This document shows, piece by piece, positions 1 to 13,373 of a stretch of 64,000 nucleotides of DNA. Source of the stretch: Octopus sinensis (taxonomy: Eukaryota); contig NC_043000.1 in the NCBI RefSeq assembly GCF_006345805.1, positions 31,930,001-31,994,000 of the forward strand, given 5' to 3'. The first letter of the stretch is position 1, and each line of letters opens with the position of its first letter. The notes under the pieces were generated by a model. That model worked only from the letters and a program-made list of their open reading frames with translations. It had not been told where the DNA came from and ran no database searches. Made by a program: the position numbers and the translations under genes.

Positions 1-62
<62 letters not shown>
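1..62. repeat. (GT)n microsatellite
   Basis: Pure gt repeat at the window start. Confidence 0.98.
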
Positions 63-64
<2 letters not shown>

Positions 65-65
<1 letters not shown>

Positions 66-290
66 TGTGTGCTCATTTTGGGCCCACCACTGTTTGACAA
101 TCGGTGTTGGAGTGTTTATGTTCCCGTAACTTAGCGGTTCCGCAAAAGAGACCGATAGAATAAGTACCAGACTTCCAAAAACATAAGTACTGGGATCGAT
201 TTGTTCAACTAAAATTCTCATAAAAGCGATATGCCCCAGTATAGCCGAAGACTTATGACTAAGAATATAAAAGACAAAAGACAAAATGAA
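65..290 (+). mobile_element. SINE 3' body/tail (family B/C), diverged
   Basis: gtaacttagcggttc..gcaaaagagaccgatagaataagtacc matches 17710-17925 and the reverse complement of 2120-2330. Confidence 0.75.
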
Positions 291-439
291 CGCAAATAAG
301 CTTGTGATTAAGGACCTCGCATTGTAGCAGCGTAGTTTCCACTTGACCCCTTGTGCGCCACATCTTGAGCAACTGTCCTCTACTGCAGGCCCGGAGCCGA
401 CTAAAACCTTGTGAGCGACTTTGTTAGAGTGTGGTCTCC

Positions 440-775
440 TAAAAGTACTCATGGTACCTGGTGGTGATATTAAGTTGGATGATGGATTAAGTCTACTGAT
501 CCAATAGATCATGGCGGAATTTGAAGTCAGGACACAAAGCGACCGAACAAATAAATACCGCAAGGCATCCGATCTGATTACGGTTTCGCCAATCCCTTTG
601 CTCCGGATGGACAGCTTTTTTTATCGACCCTGGAAGGATGAAAAGCAAAGTTGATCTCGACGACATTTGAACCCAAATTGACTACAGTCGGAAGAAATTC
701 TGTGAGGCAGTCGGTCCAACGCTCGAATAACTCCGCTAATTTCCCCAGAATATAGGAATGGACTAACGTCACACC
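440..775 (-). mobile_element. Old SINE family A-like fragments
   Basis: tttatcgaccc..ggatgaaaagcaaagttga..atttgaac matches the reverse complement of the family A core. Confidence 0.55.
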
Positions 776-1035
776 TTGATCATCGGTGTTAATCGATTGG
801 CGGGTTTCTGGCTTTTAAACGCGTGATTTTTGTTTGGTTTACTTTAGTAGCGATAGGAATGAGAGGAATCAAGTGTAATATCTCATTTTCCATAATAGAT
901 AAACACACACACACACGCACAAACACATGCGGGAGTATGGCCGCAACCTTGCACTTAGAAAAATGCTTGAGCACTTAGAAAAACATTTGAAGCGATTAAG
1001 AGGAAATTACCAGAGAACCCTATGACCGTAAAAAA

Positions 1036-1103
<68 letters not shown>

Positions 1104-1142
1104 CTTTCTCTGTCTGTGTCTTTATCTCGCTTCTTCTCTCTC

Positions 1143-1197
<55 letters not shown>

Positions 1198-1309
1198 GTC
1201 TGTTTACCTGTCTACCTCTCTGAAATGGGAAAATGGTTCTACGAGTATATTCATTCTTTACTTTTCTTATTTGATAAACTGTATCGATTTTGGTTGTCGT
1301 CGTCGCCAT

Positions 1310-1349
1310 CACACTGAAGAAGTCCAGTTTAGACTGAAATGCGTTTATG
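1310..1349 (+). ncRNA. Type I hammerhead ribozyme-like motif, slightly decayed
   Basis: CACA CTGAAGA AGTC cagttta GACT GAAA T gc G TT TATG. Canonical core and 4-bp stem II, with one mismatch in stem I and a wobble in stem III. Confidence 0.6.
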
Positions 1350-2075
1350 TTGTATAGGAATTTTATCATTTTTATCAGTTTCGAAATAAAAATACAAAGT
1401 AGAGTAAATACGTTTCTCCAGCTGACTTTGAATTATTACTGCTTATACTGTAACTGAATATGGAATAGATTTCGGCCCTTTAGCTATGGTAAAATTGATG
1501 GACCCATGATGATGACACCTGTAAAAAAATATCCTAGCAATTGTTTAACACCATAAATTGTGAAAATAGAAATAATACATTTCTAAATCTCTCAGAGAGA
1601 TTTATGCAGTCGCAGCACGATAAAGTGATAGTATGCTGTCAACTTAATGTGACAGTCTCATGAAAGGAAAGAATGCTACTGTTATTTAGCCCTAGGAAAC
1701 ATCGTTTCCAGTTGGCCTTGACACATTTTTTGTGTCCTTATGTTTTCAAAAGGGGAGACAAGCACCTCCACATAGCAAAGCCAGCAACCAGAGACTAGTT
1801 TCAAAGTCATTGCGCATCATCAACCAGAGAATGGTTGATTCTTTTTCAAAATCGAAAACATTACAAATTCAACAAGATTTTCATTCACGGCATTCGCTCT
1901 CCTTTCCCTGCAATATATCATCGCTAATCATAAATAACACCCACAGTAAAAAGTCCAAACTGCTGTTATTCGAGGTCTCTATTATTGGCGGTCTCTGGCA
2001 GAGACTTGCAACATCTAATATAAAACAAAACAACAGCAACAATGATGTTGACAGCAATTTATATATATGTGTGTG

Positions 2076-2119
<44 letters not shown>

Positions 2120-2121
<2 letters not shown>

Positions 2122-2545
2122 TCTTTTACTCTTTTACTTGTTTCAGTCATTTTGACTGCGGCCATGCTGGAGCACCGCCTTTAGTCGAGCAAATCGACCC
2201 CGGGACTTATTCTTTGTAAGCCCAGTGCTTATTCTATCGGTCTCTTTTGCCGAACCGCTAAGTGACGGGGACGTAAACACACCAGCATCGGTTGTCAAGC
2301 AATCCTAGGGGGACAAACACAGACACACAAACACACACACACACACATATACATATATATATATATACATACATATATACGACAGGCTTCTTTCAGTTTC
2401 CGTCTACCAAATCCACTCACAAGGCATTGGTCGACCCGGGGCTATAGCAGAAGACACTTGCCCAAGATGCCACGCCGTGGGACTGAACCCGGAACCATGT
2501 GGTTGGTTAGCAAGCTACTTACCACACAGCCATTCCTGCGCCAAA
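2120..2545 (-). mobile_element. tRNA-derived SINE (family B head + microsatellite + C tail)
   Basis: Minus strand begins ggcgcaggaatggctgtgtggtaag..ggttccgggttcagtccc (A/B-box-like), then cttgggcaagtgtctt (CORE-like), a (CA/TA) tract and the tail. A second copy lies at 33352-33750. Confidence 0.85.
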
Positions 2546-2808
2546 TAAGAAAATGGAGAAACAAATTCAGTTTGTTCATCAACTTACGGATATTATAATG
2601 TTAGATTATTTATTCATTTTACAAATGAGAACATCAAAAGCATACACAATATTATATAAATCAATAGATAATATAATAATACAAATACAGTTTTTAAAAG
2701 TCATATTATAAATTATTGAAATCCGGAAATTACTTCTTACAGCTGTTTCAGTATATTGGATAAATGATATCCCATAGTGGGTTACACCCATAGCCCCTAT
2801 CTTACTTT

Positions 2809-2864
<56 letters not shown>

Positions 2865-2881
2865 TACAAAGTAAGATAGGG

Positions 2882-2918
<37 letters not shown>

Positions 2919-4179
2919 AAAGTAAGATAGGGCTTTATATATATAAAGAGAGAGAGAGAGAAGATAACAGAATGAGAGAGAAAGATGGAAATGGAAGAAA
3001 ACATAGGAACAAGTGTTACAGAAGCAAGAAATCTGGTTAGAATTTCGTTAGAACAATGGTGAAAAATTTTTAATTCGCAACTGATGGCATGCTTTATTTA
3101 ATTATTTTGTCTTTCAGTACCAATGTTTTCTTTAATTATTCTGTTTCTAAAGATAATCTGTTAAGAATATTCTCATGTGAGCACTAACACTAGGTAGGCA
3201 TTAGTTTCCTAGCTACTTCACCAAAAGTCATTAATTCCAAAGAAATAAATATTCTTCTGGAAATTTCGAAATAAAATGACAGAAATATCGAAGTAATAAA
3301 ATGTCTTTTAAATTATTGAATGTATGAGATTTTTGAAACTTTGGTCTTCGTAAAGAAAAACCACGATTGGGATTAGAACGGAAGCAGTCTCTCGATCAAT
3401 TCGAATATCAGTGAAATTTCTTCCCATGAAAAGATGTAGCTTTTGAAATAGAAAGAGAAAATAAAGTGATGGAGTTCAAGATACATTGTTCCTGAAAAAG
3501 TCGAAAGAACACGGATTCATTTCTTTCTATCATAGGGTCACTCGATGAGAACTGATTTGGCGATAAACAACAAGAACGGCTGCAGTTCCAATGTTTTATT
3601 AGATTAGAAATCAGATATACAAATATATTGATATCCAAATATAGATATACAAATATATCAATATTCAAATATGTAAATATAAAAATATAAGCTTCTATGT
3701 TGAAGAGGAGATAGCTACTCAGAAATGCATGCATACATCGATCTGGGTAGGGGGAATCTTCGAACTGACCTGGTATGTTTACACCTATTTGTCTACCTCG
3801 AAATTACAATAGAGTTTTTAATTTAAGATCTTTCGTCTTTCAGCTTCCAGTTCTTTAATGAGCTTGTTAAATTTCTTGACATATATTTTTATCAATAGAG
3901 ACACTTACATCTATCAATGTACAAGTGTTTTCTTCACTGTCTTTAATAATTAGGTCTGGTCGATTAAGCTGGGTGTTTCTGCTAGTGTTGACAGCAGAAT
4001 CACAGAGGATGGTGTCACTTTCACCTGAAGCTACTAGCTCAGGACGATATTCATACCGGTTAGCAAGCGTATCGATTTAGCAGTGCGTGCATGTTTTCTA
4101 ATGTATATATTGCCCTACCCTATCGTGGCGATTTCTAGATGTTTTTATATAGCACAGGGCAGCCCGAGACAAGATTGCT

Positions 4180-5720
4180 CTATTGCTACTTCAAATTTGT
4201 TGAAAAATATGCATTTTGGGTCAGCACCGTTTTTAAGAGTATTAGCCTGGTAAATTCTGGTAATCAAGCTTTGGCTTTGTGCCGCCAGTATGAAGCCTTC
4301 CAGTCTCTGCTTTAAATCCTGAACCTCTCAACTATTGATGGATCGATACTATGTCGACATCAACATTTTCGTTTCAAAGAATATATTGCCCATGCAGGGA
4401 CTTTTGGCTCCGCCGTTCCTCAAGCTGTTTCTGTCTCTTCCTTTTTAGCAGCCAGCTCCATTCGTTCTGTTTGCTTGGCATCAATGGTTTCAGGTTCTTC
4501 AGTCTCATTCATGATTAACATCAACTTCTCTTCCGAATTTACATGCTTTGTTAACAACAGAGTGCAACTTTTGCTGCCTTCATGTTCGCGCACAAGATGC
4601 AGCATCCAGTCCGCTGCACGAGGTAAATACCTGTCCAATCCTATAGTGCAGCTTTTATAACAGAATTCTAATTGAATCATTCCTCTTCCCCCACTGCCTT
4701 AGAGTGGTGCATCTTCTCAGATATCAATAATTTTCTTGTCTTTATGTCCATGCGTTGGAGTTCCGTATAATTTTAGTTAATGATATTTAGACTGTACTGA
4801 ATAAATGAAATCAACAGAATGTTAATGATTCCGATGCCATTTCCAGAATTCAGCTCAGTCTTCAGTCCTGGTCTTATTCTTCCGTAATGTTTCTTTCTTA
4901 TCATTTCCACATAATGGCATGATTTCTGTCACTTCCTTCATTCATACCTAAGTATTTGTAAGTTTCTTGTAGCTTAAGTTTCTCAGTGGTAGCATCAATA
5001 TCTAATTTAATAGAAGTTGATATAATTTTCCTCAACAGACCCTGCCCTATTTAATATTATCCCGAAAGAGTTCAAAGACGAAAAGGATTTCATCACCTTT
5101 AAACGGAGTCTAGACAGGATTCTTCAAGAAATACCAGATACAACTCAACTAGAACTCACTACTTGAATGGACCATAAACAAAACTTGACTTAAACAGGAT
5201 TTAGATAATCCTATCAGGTGGTGCTATTAAGTTAGACATGGCCTGGACCAATCTTTGGTCGAAACATATCTAAGTTTATCTAAGTTGTCTTTCTGAGTTT
5301 ACCTCTCACAAAAGTTGTTTTACACTCTTATCGAGGCAAGAATCCATCCCCATTGCTCAACTGTTTAGCAATTGTTAGCAGCTCATCTAGTTCTTGGTCG
5401 TTCCTTGCAAATAGCTTTAAATCGTCCAAATAAAACAAATTATTTATAATCTTGTTAAGAATTTTGTACCCACATCCGGTGTTATTCCAATCATTTGAAA
5501 GTGAGATGAGTGCTATACCAAAAGGTATGGAGAGAGGAAGTCACCTCGAAAGATGCTTCGTTTGAAGTTGATGTTGTATTGGTTCATACATTATTCTTAG
5601 GGCAAAATGTGTATTCCATTTGGCCATGTTCTTTTGTAAGAATTTTAAAATGACAGGAGAGATCTACGTGTCAAAAGCTTTTAGTATTCATTTATGTTAA
5701 ACACTGTCAAACGCTTTCCT
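4180..5720 (-). mobile_element. Decayed R4/Dong-type LINE RT fragment, interrupted by an insertion
   Basis: Minus-strand remnants (IFRGDFL, YLDDLKLFA, YKYLG, WMLHLV..HE) parallel the 678-aa ORF at 53640-55676. Confidence 0.75.
5038..5287 (+). mobile_element. CR1/L2-like LINE 3' end nested in the Dong fragment
   Basis: Reads PALFNIIPKEFKDEKDFITFKRSLDRILQEIPD, followed by a 3' UTR ending in repeated ctaagtt. Dong sequence resumes on both sides. Confidence 0.6.
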
Positions 5721-5739
5721 ATAATCTGTCTATGTCCTA

Positions 5740-6005
5740 CTTATTATTATCATTATTTATTGTCACTGCACAGCTGCTAACGCTGGAGATGTACAACAGT
5801 GCCAGCTGTTCACTATCAGTGAACTCACGTGACACCCCTTATTTTTTACGAGCAGCTTCCGGAGTATTCGAGCGGTTCCAAGCAGTGCTGTTTCTGCAAG
5901 TACTCCAACCTTATTGCAGCCCCTATTTGTTCCATGTACTTCTCAAGATTTTTATTCACTGTTCCCAGGGCTCCGACAATTATTAGTACTACTGTCACTT
6001 TTTTC
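5740..6005 (-). mobile_element. Dong-type LINE, 3'-terminal fragment
   Basis: End of the RLE domain (IVGALGT...QK..LLGTARIL); its 3' UTR matches 6915-7000. Confidence 0.8.
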
Positions 6006-6006
6006 A

Positions 6007-6007
<1 letters not shown>

Positions 6008-6070
<63 letters not shown>

Positions 6071-6083
6071 GTTATTATTATTT
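6008..6083. repeat. (TTA)n array (Dong target/tail)
   Basis: Pure tta repeat between two Dong copies. Confidence 0.95.
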
Positions 6084-6905
6084 TAAGAAAACTCAAGCTC
6101 ATTTTGCTGTATATGATGCAAAGTGTCAGCTGTCCACAGCCAGCAGACTAAGGAGACACTGCGGAAAATTCTTGCAGTTCCAAGCAATGGTGATTTTTGC
6201 ACCAAACTTTTTAAACCCATGTCGGTAGTTGAGTGTTGATACTTCCAAGTGCACCAATTACTATTGGTATCATGCCTATTCTCTTCATTGACCACAACCT
6301 TCGTATTTCCCACTTCAAACCGTCATAGTTGTTCATTTTTTCTTCTTCTTTCACATTGATCCTGTTGTCACCGGGGCATGCTGTGCCGATTATCATGCAT
6401 GTTCTTTATTTTTTATTCACTGCAACAATGTCCAATTTCCGATGTCTGGTCAGCTGATCACACTGAATCATTGCATCCCGCAGGATTTTGCAATTCTCGG
6501 TGTCTCATTCTAGGGTTTGCTTATATCACATCTTAGCTCTTTGTACGGCCGTGATTTCCAAAGAGCACGCAAAGGATCGTTCTTGCAGCACTGTCATGGT
6601 GTCTTTTTGCATTCGCGTTAATTTCAGGCATTCGCTAACGATATGCCATACCGTTCCACCCCTCTTACCACACATTCTGCATTTCTCGCTGCCGGTAGTG
6701 TTGTCTATGCTGCACATCACGCAGTTGGTCCTTAACGCTTGTTCTTGAGCTGCGCATATGAGTGCTTCTGTCTCTATCTTCAGGTCACTCCTCATCCATA
6801 GCCAACATCTCTTGCAAACTGACCGTGCATTTTTTTCCTTCCATGCTTTTTCATTACACAATTTTCAGTTTTGATGACGCCGGCCTTCTTCGTCTGTTTC
6901 AACTA
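6083..6905 (-). mobile_element. Dong-type LINE 3' fragment (CCHC + RLE)
   Basis: ORF 6526-6861: WLWMRSDLKIETEALICAAQEQALRTN..CRMCGKRGGTVWHIVSEC. Same subfamily as 40790-42400. Confidence 0.85.
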
Positions 6906-6911
6906 TGGCTA

Positions 6912-9900
6912 CTATTATTTATTGTCTTTGCACAGCTTCTAATTCTGGAAATGTACTACCGTGCCAGCTGTTCCCTACCAGTGAACTAAGTTAAAACCCC
7001 TTATATTTCGAGCACCATCCAGAGTATTCGAGCGGTTCCAAGCAGTGCTATTTTCTGCAAGTGCTCCACCCTTATTGCAGCCCCTATTTGTTCCACGTAC
7101 TTCTCAAGACTTTTACTCTCTGTTCCCAGGGCTCCCACTGTTATTGGTACTACTACCACCTTTTTCATCGACCACAACTGCTTAACCTCCCAAGCTAACC
7201 TGTCGTATATATCGATTTTTCTTTCTTCCTTATCGCATACCTTGTTGTCAGCTGGGCATGCTATATCTATGATCCAGCACCGTTTGCTTTTTTTCTCAAT
7301 TAACACTATGTCTGGTTTCCTATTCTCTATCCCATGGTCAAACTAAATCATAATATCCCATAGAATTTTTGCATTATATTCTTTCTGGGCTAGTGGCGTA
7401 CATTGACTGGTAATATGCCATAATGTTTCACCATTTTGTCCACAAATTCTGAACTTATCACTTTCTGATGTGTTGACTATTCTTTTTTGATGTAATTGGT
7501 TCTTAATGCTTGCTCATCTTACTTCCAAATAATAGCGGTTCTGTGGCATTTTTTATATACCATGCTATGTTGTTTTCTTCTGCTCTAATGCTGTGTTCTC
7601 ATCCAATCAGTCCTCTTTCCCCCTCTTTTTCATACTACGTATAGTCTGTCTGTCACTTTTTGAGTGGAGTATCCCATATCTAGTCAGCAATATCTTTGTC
7701 TTTCTGTCTAAGCTGTTTAGTTCGTCTTCAGTCCATGCGATTACTCTGCTCCATATCTAAGGAGTGAACCCACCTTGGGGTTGAAAGCTTCAATCTTATT
7801 CCGTCCGTTTAATTTCGACTTAAGGATCAGTCTCAGTCTGCGCAAGTACACCATCTTAAATTTTTCAGTCATTTCCTTCTCCATCAACCTATCCATTTCC
7901 AAAATCCCCAAGTACTTATAGCCCGTCTCTTCTATCTGCTTCATAACCTCCCCCGACGATATCACTATCCCGTCCATACTTTTGCTTTTGCATCTCTTCA
8001 AGACTAACACACCACACTTTTTCAATCCGAATTGATATCAGCACTGAAGGTATACACCGTATCAACGAGGGAACTGCCTTGGTATTCATCTTTACCATGA
8101 AGTCTGAGGTCATCCATGAATAGTAAGTGGTTGACTTTTTGTTGATGGCTTTTGAATACATACCCAGCCTTTGCTTTCCTCAGAATCAGTGTTAGTGGTA
8201 TCATGCACAGTACCAAGATCAATGGGGATAGGCAGTCCTCTTGAAAGGTGCCCCTCCTGATTTCTATTGTCCCTAAACTTCTTACATTTGCTGTCAGTTC
8301 CGCCCTCCACTTCGCCATACTTTTTCCTAACAATTGCTCAACATTCGATGCAATACCAAATAGGTTCATACATTTCATAATCTAAGAATGTAGGATCATC
8401 TCGTACGCCTTACAATAGTCGTTCCATGACATGGTTAAGTTACGTTTCCTCCTCTTGCAGTCTCTAAGTACAGTTTTGTCTATCAGGAGTTGCACTTACA
8501 ACCCTTCTGCTCATGTGACAGGACTCCATTTTTTCCAGATGTCTGTACATTGACTCTGCGAATATGCCAGTCAATAATTTCCACATAAGTGGCAAAGAGG
8601 ATATCGGCCTGTAATTGTCAACCGCATTGCATTTTTCGATGTTTTTCAAGCACAGCATTTTCCTACCCATTGTCAACTACTCTGGTGTTACCTGGTCGGC
8701 ATTTAACAAGGTGTTGAGTTGTGCATCTATTCGTGCATAATATTCACCAAATCCTTGAACTCCATCAGGTCCTGGGGCCTTTAGGTTGCTCATTTTTTGC
8801 TGATTTCCTTCACTTCTTTAACTAAAATGACTAGTTCAGTCTGCTTTGGACAGATTACTGTTTGTTTCAGTTCTTACAACCATTCAGCACCCTTCTTGTG
8901 CTCCTTGTCATTCCTCCAGATGTCACTTCAAAACCTTTCACTTTCAATATTATCCGGTATCAACTTTTCATCTCTACACTCTCTATTTATTTCTTTGTAG
9001 AATCTCTTCTGATCTACTCTGAATAACCTATTCTGCTGGTATGCCTTTATTCTTTGGTCGTATCTTACCATCTTTGCTTTCGTTGAAACTAGGCGCTGTT
9101 TCAGTTCCTCCATTGCCACTTTCAGGCCCTTTCTTTCAATATCATACTTCCTGTTCAGTGCCCTTTATTTTTGTTCGCTTTTAAGCTCAACTTTCTCTTT
9201 TCCGTCTAACACAGAAATTTTCTTCGAGAGCATGTCTAACCATGCCTGAATTCTTCTATTCCACCATGGATCTTTTCTTTTGTCACTCCCACTATATTTC
9301 TTTTTATTGACATCAACACCCACATTTTCTGATACAATAATACTTGCTGCCTTGATCAAATTCTTTGTTTCTGTGATGTTTTTTGTTCAGATGTATTTCA
9401 GAATTTCCTTCACATTTTTCGTTTCTTGGTTCAATATCCATTGATCAACCTTTTTAAGGTTGCAAATAATGTCGCTATCATTCTCCTGTAGCCTTGCATT
9501 TATTCTGTCGTAGATTGCCTTTTGCCCATCTGTCATGTCACCATTAGTTTTATTGTCTTCTTCCAAAGCATCAATATGTCTCTCGTCGAGCAAGCTATCA
9601 CTGTTCCTTTCCTGTGGTTTATTAGAGATTTCAACTCTGTTTTCTGCTATGAGATTACATTTTATCAGGAGGAACTGCATTTTCATCGTTTCCTTTGCTG
9701 CTGTTTCCCAATACCCATTTTTTGATAGCTTCGAGCTCTACTTCTGTGAACTAACGATTTTTTTCTTATTGCCCTAGCTTGGTCACATAATCTCTGTTCC
9801 GTGAGTTGAAACAATCCTCTTTCTCTCCATTGATCATACAAACATTGTCAGTATCCCCTAATATGAACACCATTTTAGTCTACGGGGTTGCTCAGACAGT

Positions 9901-10200
9901 AACACTCCATGACCACAGCATTTATTTCTTTGTTCCGTCTATGCCGTGTGTGGTCCCTTGTTGGATATCGACAGACTGGAGTCGAACCAGTATCAGTATC
10001 TCTGAGCCTGCCGGGTGTAACTCCGTCACCGTCATTGGCTTCAGTTTAATTCCCACCGTTATTCACAATATTTTGTTTTTTCATTGTCACTCATATGAGG
10101 AAACGATTATCAAGTTGCGCAAATACCAGTGTTTTTATTGTGACACCATCACTAGATGCATCATCAATCAGAGCATAGGGAGATTCCAACCGCTTCTTTC
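6912..10200 (-). mobile_element. Near full-length decayed Dong-type LINE
   Basis: Frameshifted ORF pieces in the expected order: N-terminus, [59 protein letters not shown]. The 5' end abuts (TTA)n at about 10200. Confidence 0.9.
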
Positions 10201-10269
10201 ATTATTATTATTATCATCACTGATATTATTATTATTTTAATTTTTTTTACTATTTGTCATTGTTAATGA

Positions 10270-10290
10270 TCCGACATGAGTTTTGGCTAA

Positions 10291-10357
<67 letters not shown>

Positions 10358-10370
10358 TATTATTATTATT
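10270..10370. repeat. (TTA)n array
   Basis: Pure tta repeat at the 3' end of the next Dong copy. Confidence 0.95.
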
Positions 10371-12250
10371 TTCATTATCATCTTCTTTCAGTAGTGTTTC
10401 CATTTCTTGCCGAGTGTCTTCCTGACACCTAGGGCAGAGAAGCGCATTGTATACATTGGTAGGCCATTAAAATAAGCACATCAGATAGTTCATTTACATA
10501 GACGTGTGATAGAGAAAAGGTGGAAGAAAGGCAATGAGAAAGGGAAAAATATAAAAGAAAAAGTAAACAAAGAAAAATAGGAAAAGGAGAAAGAAAATTC
10601 TGTAACAATTCACTTCTCAATTCGTGTGACGTAGCAATTAAGACAATCTTTTGCACTTCCTGCATGGATGCTAAGCCAGGGATGATTCTTAAATAATTTT
10701 CAGTTCCTTCCTTGATCATTCCAAGTGCTCCTACAATCACTGATATTGTAACCGTCTTGAGATGCCACATCTTTTCGATTTCGATTAGCAAATCTTTATA
10801 TCTTCTGAGCTTATCAATTTCCTTTGCCGAGATATTATAGCCACAGGCTATGCTCGTTTCGATCAATAAATAGACTTTATTCTTTTGATCTTTCACAACA
10901 ATATCTGGTTTGTTTGTTTTGACGGTCCGGTCTGTACTTACTAGGTAGTCCACTGTCTCAATCCCATCGTTTCAGTATCGGCACTTTGGGTCTACATTTT
11001 TCATCACGTTGGCTTTATAGTTCCGGGACAGTAAGCTCTGATATTGAGCAGCCAAGATAAAGCCTTCACTCTCAGCCTTTAGTCCTGAGCTCTGTAGCCA
11101 CTGATGGGTGTGCTTCTGGTCTACATCGGCTGGGTTGCTACGGGCCACATATTTGCCATGCAGAGGTTTTTCTTCTCACTTATCAGCCGATTGTTCAAGC
11201 GCGTTTTGCTTTGCTATTGATTTCACCTATTTTGCAACTACAGTTGCTGCACTTCCCTCATGTAGTTCAACCTGGGAATTATAAACTCACTTTAAAATGT
11301 TTTGTTCTCATTCATAGCAGAATGAAGCTTCTCCCTTCTTTCATGGTTTTCAACGAGCTTTAGCATTCAGTTGTTAGATGTTTCAAAATATTTTGCCTGT
11401 CCATTTGTGGTGGTTTTGTAACAGATTTCAAAATGGATCAAGCCTCGACATCCTTGAGCTCTGTGTAGACAAAGATGATCTGCGTCTGCCTTTGGGTGGT
11501 GCATCTTATTTCAAGTCAGCAGCTTACGGATTTTCCTGTCAATCTTCCTTATTTCACTCATATTCCAGTTCAACATTGAAACTGTTAATAACAACCGGAG
11601 TTACGTGCATTTAACTCGGATTTTAGGACTGCTCAAACTCTCCTGTAACACTCCTTCCTGATCTTCACTTTCATACTTGCATATTGAATTCCAGAGCCCT
11701 CATTTATTCCGAGGTATTTGTAAGTTTGTTCCTGCTCGAGTTCTTTCATGATTGTGTCAACATCCAACACTACCGAATGCGAAGTCTTCAGTTTCCCTCT
11801 CCGGAAAGTGGCCTTGGCATATTTATGAAGACCAAATTCCATCTCAATGTCATCACTGAAAGCTTTCACAGTACGTAGTAGGTCTTCAAGCTCATTATTG
11901 TCTTTGCCACAGAGTTTTAAGTCGTCCATTTAAATAGATGACTTATTTTCTTGTCGCCAATTTTATATCCATACCTTGTTCTGTTAAGTTCACTTGTAAG
12001 GGGTATTAGGGCTATACAGAAAATTAAAGTTGAAAGTGAGTCACCTTGGAAAATGCGGCAGTTGATATTATTACTTTTTTTTTGTAGGCACAGAGTGGTA
12101 CAGTTGGAGATTCGTATTCCACTTTGACATGTTGTGTTTCAGGAAGCTAGAAATCACCAGAGAGATTCTGAAGATATCCATCGATTTCAAGATCCACAAA
12201 TACGGTATTCTGTCGAAGGCCTTTTTAAATCATTCATATAAAATAGATGA
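10370..12250 (-). mobile_element. Dong-type LINE 3' half
   Basis: ORFs 11633-11929 (MDDLKLCG..YKYLG) and 10429-10953 (KTNKPDIVVKD..LIETSI..KYKDL). The 3' UTR resembles 53467-53640. Confidence 0.88.
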
Positions 12251-12869
12251 CTTATTTTCTTGTCGCCAATTTTAAAACTATACCCTGTACTGTTAAGCTC
12301 ACTTATTGTTGTTGTTTTTGTTGTTGTTGTTGTTGTTAGGGAAGCATCTTTAGAATGTCGAAAAAGTTCATTATGGCATTTGGTTCAGCTCTTTGCATTT
12401 CTAAGTTCAAATTCTGTAGATGCTTTCCAATTTTTCGAGGTCGATAAAATAAAGTACCAGTCAAGTAGTGATGTTGATGTAATTGACTAACACCTCCTGC
12501 CCCACAACTTGAAAACTGTCGGCTTTGTGCCGCAAATAACACCTTGCTATATCAATGCAACGAACACATTGTCTATTATTGACCTAGGTACGCTATACAT
12601 GAAAAAAGACAGGATGATCTCGACTGGAACGCCTTTAGTCATGAGTCTGCACGATCAAAGCCAACATGGTGTTAAATCCCAATAACAACAAAAAACCAAA
12701 AACACATACACACACACATCCATCATACGTTAACAAATTCCAAAGAAACAAAAGGCAGTCCATTAACTTCGAGCACTTTCGCTTCTTTTACCCTTTCGAG
12801 ATTCTCTTCCTGTACCATTTAAAGATTTTTTTCCTTTCTCCCTCTATGCAGCTTCGTGTCTCCAAGTGA

Positions 12870-13340
12870 GTTCAGCATTGTATTTTATGTACATAGTATG
12901 AGTGCTGCTTTGTTGTTGAGGATGTGTTTTGTTGTTGCTTGCCGTATTCCAGAACAGGAAAAATATTGTCCATCATCTCGTCTAGATCGTCCCATAGGAC
13001 GCCCCAAGATTATTTCCACACGTTTTCCCCACTCAACTCGATCTTCTATAATTGTCCTCAGCTCCTGTAGCCCTCTCATACCACTATCCTCTAGCAAGTT
13101 GTCGATATAGGTCGTCTTCCTCCTTCCTCTCTTGGTTCTTCCTTCCGTTGGTTGTCAGAGCACTAGCTTCTTAGCAATTCATCGATGTGTTTGATGCAGT
13201 ATCCAGCTAGACTCATCTTTCTATGCTGTATCTTCAATGTCACATTTGGTAGTCCCTGGTATAAGTCAGCGTTTGTTGTATGTCTCCTGGAAGAATGTTG
13301 TCCAAAGCATACCCAAACGTTCTTACTATGTTTGGCTGTG
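12870..13340 (-). mobile_element. RTE/RTE-X-like LINE C-terminal fragment
   Basis: LYQGLPNVTLKIQHRKMSLAGYCIKH..PTEGRTKRGRRKTTYIDNLLEDSG..IEDRVEW, a typical RTE-group C-terminus. Confidence 0.7.
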
Positions 13341-13373
13341 AATTCTTGCATTAATATATTTCAATATATTTAA

